A stretch of DNA of 64,000 nucleotides. Source: an uncultured Bdellovibrio sp. Lineage in GTDB: Bacteria; Bdellovibrionota; Bdellovibrionia; Bdellovibrionales; Bdellovibrionaceae. The position numbers were made by a program, and so were the translations under genes. The notes under the pieces were generated by a model. It was not told where the DNA came from. It searched no databases and saw only the letters and a list, made by a program, of their open reading frames with translations. The stretch is from assembly GCA_963932905.1 (NCBI GenBank), contig CAWVRN010000012.1, forward strand, positions 32,001 to 96,000, in the 5' to 3' direction. Position 1 is the stretch's first letter. Every line of letters begins with the position of its first letter. Positions 8,821-17,633 of the stretch are shown here, one piece after another.

Positions 8821-10936
8821 ATTAACGGCGTATGCATTAAATGAAGTCTCTGAAGCCGAAAGAGCAGAAATCGAAGCGTATTTAAATTCTCATCCGATGG
8901 AAAAAGCGGAAGTGGAAGAAATAAAATTAGTGTCATCAATTTTGAAAGCGGAAATGGCGACAGATTTGGTTGTGACGCCGCCACCATTGCCGAAGAAAAA
9001 AATGTCGTTCTGGGGCAAGCTGATGCAGCCAAAAGTTTTGGTGCCGGCGTTGGGCTTTGCGATTATTGGTATCGTTGCATTGCCGACTCTTTGGGATCGT
9101 TTCGTATGGCAGATGACGACTCGACCAGAACAAACTGCTATGTCTCCTGAACCCGATACCATCAACACTGTAGGCAACGGCAGACTCGTTGAAACTCGTG
9201 GTGTTCGTCCGCAAACAACAGCGATGGCGGAAAGAAAACAGATCGGCGGAATTTCTGCTGAAGGGGCTCGCTCGACTAAAGATGATTTAGCATCTCGGGA
9301 ATATGAAGACGCTCAGCCGATGACTACGACCTCTGGTCAATCGCCAACCGGTGCACCTATCGACGGTATGGATTCAAGTGCAAAAGGTCGTGCTAATTCC
9401 TTTGGCGGTCTTGGTGATCCAGCGGCTCCTCAGATGATGGCAAAAAAATCATTAGTCGAACCAGGTCGCATGCCGATGCCGGCGACGCCAGCTCCAGAAA
9501 TTAAGGAAGACACGAACTCGGGTGAAGAGTATAAGCAAAACGCCGAAAATGATTTCGTCCAAGTTTCTAAAGAAGCATTGTCGACATTCTCGATTGATGT
9601 GGATACGGCGTCCTACGCGAATGCGCGTCGATACTTGACGAATTACACTCAGATTCCGCCAGTGGATTCGATCCGCACGGAAGAATTTGTGAATTACTTC
9701 GACTATGATTACAAAGCACCGACGTCAGGACATCCGATCGCTGTTCACTTGGAAGCTACCAAGTCGCCTTGGAATTCAAATCGTGCGATTGTTCGCATTG
9801 GCTTGAAAGGTAAAGAGATCGAAGTGAAAGATCGTCCGAAATCAAACTTGGTATTCTTGATCGACGTATCGGGTTCGATGGAAGATGAAAATAAGTTGCC
9901 TTTGGTGAAGTCCGCTTTGAAAACGTTGACGGAGCAATTGACCGAGAAAGACCGTATCTCGATGGTGGTGTACGCGGGAAGTTCGGGCGTAGTGTTAGAA
10001 AGTACGCCGGGTGATAAGAAAGATAAAATTTTGACCGCGATTCAGAACCTGTCAGCGGGGGGGGGGACGAATGGTGAAGGTGGTATTCGCAAAGCCTACG
10101 AAATTGCGATGAAGAACTATGTGTCGGGTGGTAACAACCGCGTGATATTGGCTTCGGATGGTGATTTCAATGTGGGTGTGACGTCGCCGAAAGAATTACT
10201 GGATATTATCAAAGAGAAATCAGAAGGCGGTGTGTTCCTGACTGTGCTTGGTTTTGGAATGGGTAACTACAAAGATGCGCGTTTGGAAGAAATTTCGAAC
10301 AAAGGCCAAGGTAACTATTTCTACATCGACACAGCGAAAGAAGCGAATAAAGTATTTGTGAATCAATTATCGGGAACTCTGTTCACGATTGCGAAAGACG
10401 TGAAAGTGCAAGTGGAGTTTAATCCTAAGGTTGTTCACTCATATCGCCTCGTGGGCTACGAAAATCGCATGCTGAACAAAGAAGATTTTGCTAACGATAA
10501 AGTGGATGCGGGCGAAATGGGTGCTGGACATAGCGTGACGGCCTTGTATGAAATCGAATGGAAGGGAAATGCGCCGTCGGATATTAAGCTAAAATATCAA
10601 ACGGAAGAAAAAGTTAAGGATACTCCGGGAGCAACGGATGAAATCTTAACAGCGAAAATTCGTTATAAAAAACCAACGAATTCGACCAGCGAGTATTTCG
10701 AACAAGCGTTGGCTAACAAGGTGGCGCCATTATCAGAAACATCATGCTCGACTCGATTCGCAGTGGCCGTAGCCAGCTTCTCACTGTGGATGCGCAAATC
10801 AGCCCAACTAAAAGATTTTGATTCAAACAAAATCCTAGAAATCAGCGAAGGCTGTTTAAAGACCAAGGACAAAAAAGACTCGTTCAAAGAAGAATTCGTC
10901 GACCTAGTAAAAAAAGCCAGAGAGATCAGAAAATAG
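8807..10936 (+). CDS. Anti-sigma-like N-terminus + TM + vWA / YfbK (DUF3520) domain protein
   Basis: LTAYALNE..E..EIE anti-sigma-like start; TM segment; STFSIDVDTASY; MIDAS DVSGS; IAKDVKVQVEFNP. Confidence 0.9.
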   Translation: MEKSKLTAYALNEVSEAERAEIEAYLNSHPMEKAEVEEIKLVSSILKAEMATDLVVTPPPLPKKKMSFWGKLMQPKVLVPALGFAIIGIVALPTLWDRFVWQMTTRPEQTAMSPEPDTINTVGNGRLVETRGVRPQTTAMAERKQIGGISAEGARSTKDDLASREYEDAQPMTTTSGQSPTGAPIDGMDSSAKGRANSFGGLGDPAAPQMMAKKSLVEPGRMPMPATPAPEIKEDTNSGEEYKQNAENDFVQVSKEALSTFSIDVDTASYANARRYLTNYTQIPPVDSIRTEEFVNYFDYDYKAPTSGHPIAVHLEATKSPWNSNRAIVRIGLKGKEIEVKDRPKSNLVFLIDVSGSMEDENKLPLVKSALKTLTEQLTEKDRISMVVYAGSSGVVLESTPGDKKDKILTAIQNLSAGGGTNGEGGIRKAYEIAMKNYVSGGNNRVILASDGDFNVGVTSPKELLDIIKEKSEGGVFLTVLGFGMGNYKDARLEEISNKGQGNYFYIDTAKEANKVFVNQLSGTLFTIAKDVKVQVEFNPKVVHSYRLVGYENRMLNKEDFANDKVDAGEMGAGHSVTALYEIEWKGNAPSDIKLKYQTEEKVKDTPGATDEILTAKIRYKKPTNSTSEYFEQALANKVAPLSETSCSTRFAVAVASFSLWMRKSAQLKDFDSNKILEISEGCLKTKDKKDSFKEEFVDLVKKAREIRK

Positions 10937-10941
10937 AAACA

Positions 10942-11008
10942 GGTACCTCCTAACATTCTGGTACCCGTAGCGTTAGACACGCCGGGTACCAGAATGTTAG
11001 GAGGTACC
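10942..11008. repeat. Perfect 26-bp inverted repeat (REPIN-like doublet) between convergent genes
   Basis: GGTACCTCCTAACATTCTGGTACCCG 10942-10967, 15-nt spacer, exact reverse complement 10983-11008; no U-tract. Confidence 0.9.
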
Positions 11009-11815
11009 CTATTTTAGGGCGTCTAGTAGGTATTTTCTGTAGGTGCCGTTTTTTATGAAGTAGGAGTTTGAGTGGGAGCCGCCTTCGAAGACTTTCCAGT
11101 GTTTGGGGTCTTTTGTTTTTTGGAAGACTTGCTCGCCTTGATCGATGGTGACGACGTTATCTTGGTTGCCATGCATGACGTAGACTGGGATTGGTGAAAT
11201 TAATCCTGGATCGCCGACCCAATTGTCACTCATCAGTAGCCACGCTAGAGGTTGGAAAACCCAAGTGACCCAGCTTCTTGAGGCGACACTTCTGGCCACG
11301 CTTCGGTAGGATGCGAAAGAGGCTTCGATGAAGACCGCTTTGTAGTTTTTCTTTTCATACAGATTCAAGCTCTTCAGCATGATCTGCCCACCCAAGCTCT
11401 GCCCGTAAACAAACAGCGGTAAATCGGGATTAATACCTTCGATTTTTTTCAGCGCTTCGACGCCAGATTTAGCCGTGCTTTCGGGAGTTGGGGATCCCGT
11501 TGATTTGCCATAGCCGGGATAGTCGAAAATCATCATGTCGTAATTATGATCGACCAACCACGACAGCATCGCAAAGTGGGCCGTTAAATTTTGAGCATTG
11601 CCGTGAAAAAAAAGAATTTTAGCTTTTGGGTTTTTGGCGTGAAAATACCAAGCATTAATTTGGTTTCCTTCAGGATCGGGGAAGTTGAGTTCCTCGATAT
11701 CATACAAAAGATCCTGTTTTTGAGTGAATTCTTGTTGCGATGGGTAGTATAGCAAGGAAGAACAACTGCTTAAAAAAAGTACAAATGGTAGAATAAGTAA
11801 AAATCGAAAGTTCAC
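11009..11815 (-). CDS. Alpha/beta hydrolase lipoprotein (YfhR-like)
   Basis: Lipobox LSSC; FFHGNA; GQSLGG nucleophile; HGNQDNVV; late His. Confidence 0.9.
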   Translation of the reverse strand: MNFRFLLILPFVLFLSSCSSLLYYPSQQEFTQKQDLLYDIEELNFPDPEGNQINAWYFHAKNPKAKILFFHGNAQNLTAHFAMLSWLVDHNYDMMIFDYPGYGKSTGSPTPESTAKSGVEALKKIEGINPDLPLFVYGQSLGGQIMLKSLNLYEKKNYKAVFIEASFASYRSVARSVASRSWVTWVFQPLAWLLMSDNWVGDPGLISPIPVYVMHGNQDNVVTIDQGEQVFQKTKDPKHWKVFEGGSHSNSYFIKNGTYRKYLLDALK

Positions 11816-11923
11816 CTATGAATCTTAGATTTAATTAAAATTGAAAGTCACCCTAATTTAGCTTGAATTTATATGGGGCAAACGATTGAATAATACGTAT
11901 CGTTTCAAACTATAGGAGGAAAT

Positions 11924-12376
11924 GTGTTAAAAAAACTAGTTGTGTTAGTAGCTCTAGTGTCGATTCAATCGATGGCTGCTAATTATGGTATGGCCGGTTG
12001 TGGATTGGGCGCTTTAGTATTCCAAGATCAACCAGGAAAAATTCAAATTTTGGCTGCGACTGTGAACAACATCGTATCACCACAAACATTCGCGATCACG
12101 TCTGGAACTTCAAACTGCTTTGAAGAATCACGTTCAGAAGTCAGCATCCGTTACATCGAGAACAACAAAATCGCGTTAAAAGAAGACGTGGCTCGTGGTA
12201 ATGGCGAAACGATCGATGGTTTAATGACTCTTTGGAATTGCTCTGACAAATCTTCGGTCACTCAAGATTTGAAACGTAATTACAATTCAATCTTTAAATC
12301 AAACGAAACTCTTCAGATTATGAATGACCTTAAATCTAATTCTGAAATCCAAAAATCTTGCAACTCTTTAACATAA
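11924..12376 (+). CDS. DUF3015 family protein
   Basis: YGMAGCGLG...QTFAITSGTSNC...D.ARGNGE; AGGAGG RBS. Confidence 0.85.
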   Translation: MLKKLVVLVALVSIQSMAANYGMAGCGLGALVFQDQPGKIQILAATVNNIVSPQTFAITSGTSNCFEESRSEVSIRYIENNKIALKEDVARGNGETIDGLMTLWNCSDKSSVTQDLKRNYNSIFKSNETLQIMNDLKSNSEIQKSCNSLT

Positions 12377-12393
12377 TATTTGGGATATAATAT

Positions 12394-12969
12394 ATGAAAT
12401 TACTTTTATTATTATTAACTGCTGTTTCTGTATCATTCGCGCAGGCCAAAAAACCAATGAAGCCAGCTCCAAAAGCGGCTCCAGCGCAACAACAACAAGC
12501 TCCAATGCACATGGCTCCGGCTCATGCTGCTCATAAATCAGGCGCTTATTCACGTCCATACGGTATGGCTGGTTGTGGATTAGGTAGCGTGGTTATGGAC
12601 AAGCGTAGCTCACAAGTTCTAGTGGCAACAACTAATGGAACTTCAGGCAATCAAACGTTTGCGATCACTACAGGTACATTGAACTGCCTTGATGATGCAT
12701 CATCACAAGTGGCTGACAAAATGGATAAATACATCCAAATCAACAAAACTCAATTAGCTGGCGATGCCGCTAAAGGTAACGGCGAAACAATCGTAGCCTT
12801 GAGCGAAGTTATGGGCTGCCAATCAAGCCAAAACTTGGGTTCTGCTTTGAAAGCTAACTACCGTGATGTGTTCACTAATGACACCACAAACGAAGTTACT
12901 GACAGCATCATCACTGTGATCCAAAGAGACTCCCAATTATCTCAAGAATGCTCATTCGCTCAGATCTAA
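12394..12969 (+). CDS. DUF3015 family protein (paralog with Pro/Ala/Gln/His-rich N-terminal extension)
   Basis: YGMAGCGLG...NQTFAITTGTLNC...DAAKGNGE. Confidence 0.85.
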   Translation: MKLLLLLLTAVSVSFAQAKKPMKPAPKAAPAQQQQAPMHMAPAHAAHKSGAYSRPYGMAGCGLGSVVMDKRSSQVLVATTNGTSGNQTFAITTGTLNCLDDASSQVADKMDKYIQINKTQLAGDAAKGNGETIVALSEVMGCQSSQNLGSALKANYRDVFTNDTTNEVTDSIITVIQRDSQLSQECSFAQI

Positions 12970-12995
12970 TTCTGGCTTAAGGAACATTTCTATTC

Positions 12996-13021
12996 AGTGG
13001 GCGATTTTGTCGCCCACTTTT
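12996..13021 (+). terminator. Rho-independent terminator
   Basis: AGTGGGCGA-TTTTG-TCGCCCACT-TTT. Confidence 0.75.
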
Positions 13022-13064
13022 ATCTTGCTTCATCCTTCGAAGCCTCTGTAAATTAGCTCCATTC

Positions 13065-15041
13065 ATGAAAATAGCATTCTGTAAAACTCACATACTGTGT
13101 TTGGGATTTGTTTTGTTATGTACGCTGGTTTCCGCCGCGGGCGTACCTTCATTTGTAAAAAAGCCCGCTGTGGTTGGCGACGTCGCGGCCATCCAAAGTT
13201 TAGTCGATGCCGCCCAGGCCGCGAAATTATCTGAAACCCGCACATGGCGCAAATTGATGCATTACGAACGTAACGTTTTTGGTTTGCTAAGAAGCCAAGT
13301 GAAATCGCCGACATTTTTTCTGTCTGCTGAGGGTGATAGTCAGCTGGATCAAGAGCTGCAGGCCACACTGTGGTCCTTCTTTGGACCGACCGACGTAAAA
13401 GACGAACATGCGATTTGCCGATTTCCAGCGCGCTTGGCGTGGTTGCAGTCTAAATTAAAAGATCATCCGGCATGGACCCTATTGCCAAAACCGACGTGTT
13501 ATTTTTTTGATGTATTCATTAGAAATTTAAATGCGGAATCGGTGTCATTTGTGTTTTCCAGTTACTATGCGAACAATCCGGGGTCGGCCTTTGGTCACAC
13601 ATTTTTTCGTGTGAATAAAAAAATCAAAGAAGGTCGCAGCAAACAAGAACTTTTGGATTACGGTATCAGTTATGCGGCGAATGTAACGACAGGCAATCCT
13701 GTGCTGTATATGATCAATGGTTTGATGGGTGGATTCACAGGCACCTACGTTAGCGTTCCGTATTACTATAAAGTTCGGGAATACAATGACTATGAATCAC
13801 GTGATTTGTGGTCTTATGAACTGGATTTAACCGAAGCCGAAGTGAAGCAATTGCTGAATCACATTTGGGAAGTCGGCCCGCAATATTTTGATTATTATTT
13901 TTTCACTCAAAATTGTTCCTACCACATGTTGACTCTAATGGAAGCGGTTTCCGAGCGTATTGAGCTGTCGAACAAAGTGCCTTTGTATGTCATTCCATCG
14001 GATTCCGTGAAAGCCCTGTTCACTATGCCTGGCTTTGTTCGTAAAGTAGAATTCCGTCCGTCACTGCGAAGAAATTTTGAAGATAAATGGAATAAATTTA
14101 CCGAGTCAGAGAAGCACGAATTCATGGCTATTTTGACGACGTATTCAGACGCGAAATTTAAGACGATCCAGTTTGAAAGCATTCAAAGAAAAGCCTTATT
14201 TCTGGATGGGCTAATTGATTACATCGATATGAAAGATCCAAACGGCATCGCTAAACACGAAGGTCCTTGGTATCAAATGAAAGAAAAAGTTCTGATGAGT
14301 CGCGCGGACGTTGATGTGATATCTGAACCTGTCGCGATCCCAGTGCCAAATGATGAACGACCCGATATTTCACATCCATCATCGCGCGTGAGCTTGGGAT
14401 TTGGTGAACGATCGATAACGGGCACGTTGAAACAGTCATTGGGATTTTTGAATTTCCGTTTTGCCTTTCATGAATTATTAGATGATTCGCACGGATTGCC
14501 GGCGCGTTCGCAATTGGAATTTGGAAATTTTAAATTTCAATATTTTGAAAATGATTTGAATCTGGAGAGTTTCTCGTTCTTTAATATTATGCAACTGAAT
14601 CCCTTAAGAAAATTAGATCCCAAGTTATCTTGGGGGATCGATGTGGGCGTACGCAATATGCCACTGTGTGATGGCGAACGATCGTGCCTTGGCTCTGGTT
14701 TACAAGTCTTTGGGGGCTATGCGGTGGATTGGGGCCGCCACATGGCTTGGGTGCTGCCGTTTGTACACTATCGCTATGGAAATTCGTACGCGATCACTCG
14801 CAACTATGCTGCTGTTGGATACCAAGCGGGCTATCTGTTAGAGATTTCTCAGGCGTATAAATTGATGGCGAAATATTCGAAAGAAATTCCTGATCGCTAC
14901 GCGACTGTAGATTCCGCTTCGGTGACGGGACGATTTAATTTCAAAATGAATCAAGCGGTAGAAGTCGAATGGTTGAATCCAAAATTGAATGCGCCCGTTG
15001 AGACGCAAAACACGAAATTACTATTTCACTACTTTTTTTAG
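13065..15041 (+). CDS. DUF4105 (Lnb N-terminal-like) domain protein with C-terminal OM beta-barrel
   Basis: W..L.HY, CRFPAR, SAFGHTF, YYFFTQNCS motifs; C-terminal LLFHYFF. Confidence 0.85.
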   Translation: MKIAFCKTHILCLGFVLLCTLVSAAGVPSFVKKPAVVGDVAAIQSLVDAAQAAKLSETRTWRKLMHYERNVFGLLRSQVKSPTFFLSAEGDSQLDQELQATLWSFFGPTDVKDEHAICRFPARLAWLQSKLKDHPAWTLLPKPTCYFFDVFIRNLNAESVSFVFSSYYANNPGSAFGHTFFRVNKKIKEGRSKQELLDYGISYAANVTTGNPVLYMINGLMGGFTGTYVSVPYYYKVREYNDYESRDLWSYELDLTEAEVKQLLNHIWEVGPQYFDYYFFTQNCSYHMLTLMEAVSERIELSNKVPLYVIPSDSVKALFTMPGFVRKVEFRPSLRRNFEDKWNKFTESEKHEFMAILTTYSDAKFKTIQFESIQRKALFLDGLIDYIDMKDPNGIAKHEGPWYQMKEKVLMSRADVDVISEPVAIPVPNDERPDISHPSSRVSLGFGERSITGTLKQSLGFLNFRFAFHELLDDSHGLPARSQLEFGNFKFQYFENDLNLESFSFFNIMQLNPLRKLDPKLSWGIDVGVRNMPLCDGERSCLGSGLQVFGGYAVDWGRHMAWVLPFVHYRYGNSYAITRNYAAVGYQAGYLLEISQAYKLMAKYSKEIPDRYATVDSASVTGRFNFKMNQAVEVEWLNPKLNAPVETQNTKLLFHYFF

Positions 15042-15083
15042 AGATCGCCTGTTTAGGAAACGACGGCTCTATCCAATGGGAGC

Positions 15084-16565
15084 TTAACTTTTACAATTCG
15101 ACAACACATGCAAAGGCGCCCGGCGGATGTTGTTTTTCTTGTTGAACTTGTAGGCGAAGCTTTCGATCAAATTCACGTTAAATGTGTCGACGATGTGGTA
15201 ATCCTTTAGGGATTCTTTTTCTTGAGTCCAAATGAAATCATTCACGATGATGGCGGCTTGGCAGTTGTTGGCGGGTTGGTCCTTCACCGCTGACAGGGAT
15301 AGGTCTACGATATTATAGCCACGATTCAAGAAAATAAATTTCTCGGGTAGCCATTCGATTGTTTTTTCTAGATTGTAGACGGTCTTGATGCTGTTGTGTT
15401 TATCGATAAACAGGGCCGCGTTGATGATGTTTTTCTGTGACGGAAAAAAGCTGGCGTTGATTAAGATGAATACATTTAAAATTCCCATCGTGATCAACTG
15501 CCATTTTTTCACGGGCCACATCAACACCAGTCTTGCAAAAAATGGTGTCATCAGGACAATCAGTAACGGCACAATGGAAACCATAAAGCGTTCAAATTTT
15601 TGCGGGAAGTAGGAATGTAGCGCCACGAACAAGAGAATAAACACCCAGGCGTAGTTGAGTTTCTTGAACACTGGGCCGGCAATACCTTTGCCTGTGTTGT
15701 TGAACCACAGGAACGGGAAGAATGTTAAGCCCAGCAATAATCCAGGATAGAACAAGATAGATCCATTTCCATATTCGTGGCCATGTTCCACGTTGTAAGT
15801 CAGCACAGCCACCAGCGAATGGTGAAATCCACCGCGCAAGAAAATATCGGGAATGCCTGCCAGCACAAAGCACCCAAGGCCCACGGCCGAACTGACGATG
15901 ACTCCTTTGAAATCTTTTGCAAATAGCAACAACAACGGAATCGTAACGGCGCCAATACCGGCCTGCTGGCGCAGAACGAAAGCCATGCTGACAGTGATGG
16001 TAGCCCAAACAACATCCCACATTTTGCCTTCGGATTTATAGCGATAGAAAAAAGCCATTGAAAATAAAATCCACGGCGCCGCCAAAGATTCAAACATCGG
16101 GCGAGTTAAAGTAAATGAAGATGCAAAATAGAACGTAAACAGAAACAAGAAAACTTTCTGACACAAATCTTGCCAGCGCTGGGAATTGACGTTGCCGGGT
16201 ATTTTAAAATCAGAACCAAAATCCCATAAACGAACTGATTGAATAATTTGAAACGACAAAAGGTAGATCAGTAAATTAAAAATCGTGATCAGTAAAATAG
16301 TAAATCGATATTGATCGTAGGGATGAAAAATTCCTAGTTTCAGTGCAGCCTGCGCACCTAAATGCATTGGCATTACTTGCAACGGTGATTTTACGTCGGT
16401 TTGATCGACCAGATCTGTGTAGGTAGATGTCTGAGCGGGCAGATATTTAACCATGGCGTTCCAGTACTCGTCCGTACCCATGAAACCATCATTAACGAAA
16501 GCCACTAACAAAAAGAAACCAAGAAAAATTACGGTCGGATTTAGTTTTTTAAATAAAGTACTCAT
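15084..16565 (-). CDS. GT-C membrane glycosyltransferase, Alg9/PigB (GT22)-like mannosyltransferase
   Basis: Many TM helices; GTDEYW in first loop; PQKFERF resembles HKEERF; ATG 16565 overlaps upstream stop (TAATG). Confidence 0.6.
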   Translation of the reverse strand: MSTLFKKLNPTVIFLGFFLLVAFVNDGFMGTDEYWNAMVKYLPAQTSTYTDLVDQTDVKSPLQVMPMHLGAQAALKLGIFHPYDQYRFTILLITIFNLLIYLLSFQIIQSVRLWDFGSDFKIPGNVNSQRWQDLCQKVFLFLFTFYFASSFTLTRPMFESLAAPWILFSMAFFYRYKSEGKMWDVVWATITVSMAFVLRQQAGIGAVTIPLLLLFAKDFKGVIVSSAVGLGCFVLAGIPDIFLRGGFHHSLVAVLTYNVEHGHEYGNGSILFYPGLLLGLTFFPFLWFNNTGKGIAGPVFKKLNYAWVFILLFVALHSYFPQKFERFMVSIVPLLIVLMTPFFARLVLMWPVKKWQLITMGILNVFILINASFFPSQKNIINAALFIDKHNSIKTVYNLEKTIEWLPEKFIFLNRGYNIVDLSLSAVKDQPANNCQAAIIVNDFIWTQEKESLKDYHIVDTFNVNLIESFAYKFNKKNNIRRAPLHVLSNCKS

Positions 16566-17488
16566 TATTGCAGCTGTTCTTGTATCCAATCCCAATACGC
16601 TGGGATGTAGGTATAAAATATCTGTCCTTGTTCACACAGCTTTGATTCCGTTGTACTTTCAATATACGAAGCGACACCCATAATTTTATAAGAGCCATTT
16701 TGCGCAACTAAAAGTGGCCCACCTGAATCGCCACTGCAACCACCATGGGCGTCCAATTGATTAACGCTGACCAAACCCGAACGATCGATTAAATTCACCG
16801 AGTCTTTCACTAGCATCAATTGATCCCAATTCTTAGTTACATAACGAAGTTCTGGTAAAGAGTCATCCGTTGTATGTGTGCGTCCGTAACCAATCATAAC
16901 CATTTGGCTGGCGGGATTGTTCATTTCTTGGAGAATATCGACAGGAACCAATGGCAAAGGCGAATAATCGGCAGGCAATAGGCCTTCAAATTTTACTGTG
17001 GCGATATCAAAATCAGGTGACTTGCTAGACGGAGACGTTTTATGGCGATACTGAGGATGAATATTCACGTTATTGGCGGAAAACACCAATCGTTTGTTGA
17101 ACCCACTAGAGCAAAACAAGTTAATCGAAGCAATGATCTGAGTCGATATTGTATTCTTTGGAAAACAGTGCGCCGCTGTTAGTACTGTCTTTTCATCAAT
17201 CAATGTACCTGTACATAATGTTGATAAAACTTCGGAACTGAAATCATCTTTTTGAAATCGCGATAGAACCATCACCATATGATTTCTAAGCGGATTTGTT
17301 TTATCCGCTATGTAGCCATTGACGATGCCGTCAGCGTAACAACCGCGAGAGGCATCAAAAGGATATACCTTTTTTGGGGGTTCTACGGGTTCGGTCTTAG
17401 AAACCGTTTCTTTCTTTTGGCAGCTGACTATTGCTAGGGCGGCCACAACCATCATGAGTATTTTGCGAGGACGATCCATATCCATCAT
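16565..17488 (-). CDS. Trypsin-like (S1) serine protease lipoprotein
   Basis: Lipobox IVSC; LTAAHC, DIA, GDSGGP triad motifs. Confidence 0.93.
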   Translation of the reverse strand: MMDMDRPRKILMMVVAALAIVSCQKKETVSKTEPVEPPKKVYPFDASRGCYADGIVNGYIADKTNPLRNHMVMVLSRFQKDDFSSEVLSTLCTGTLIDEKTVLTAAHCFPKNTISTQIIASINLFCSSGFNKRLVFSANNVNIHPQYRHKTSPSSKSPDFDIATVKFEGLLPADYSPLPLVPVDILQEMNNPASQMVMIGYGRTHTTDDSLPELRYVTKNWDQLMLVKDSVNLIDRSGLVSVNQLDAHGGCSGDSGGPLLVAQNGSYKIMGVASYIESTTESKLCEQGQIFYTYIPAYWDWIQEQLQ

Positions 17489-17518
17489 ATATTAAGGATA
17501 GGCAGTATCAGATAACGC

Positions 17519-17535
17519 TGTCAAAAGATTAGACA
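17519..17535. promoter_or_regulatory. TGTC-N9-GACA palindrome (candidate enhancer/UAS)
   Basis: GCTGTC-AAAAGATTA-GACAGC about 60 bp upstream of a sigma54 -24/-12 box. Confidence 0.5.
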
Positions 17536-17593
17536 GCTGTCGGGCGTATAATTTTGGAACGGTATAGAAATGGCATCTAATGATGATTCAGAA

Positions 17594-17610
17594 TGGCATG
17601 AAAGGCGCAA
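17594..17610 (+). promoter_or_regulatory. Putative sigma54 promoter
   Basis: TGGCATGAAAGGCGCAA (GG-N10-GC), then AAGGAG RBS and ATG 17634. Confidence 0.6.
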
Positions 17611-17633
17611 TAACGTTTGGCAAGGAGCTTTAT

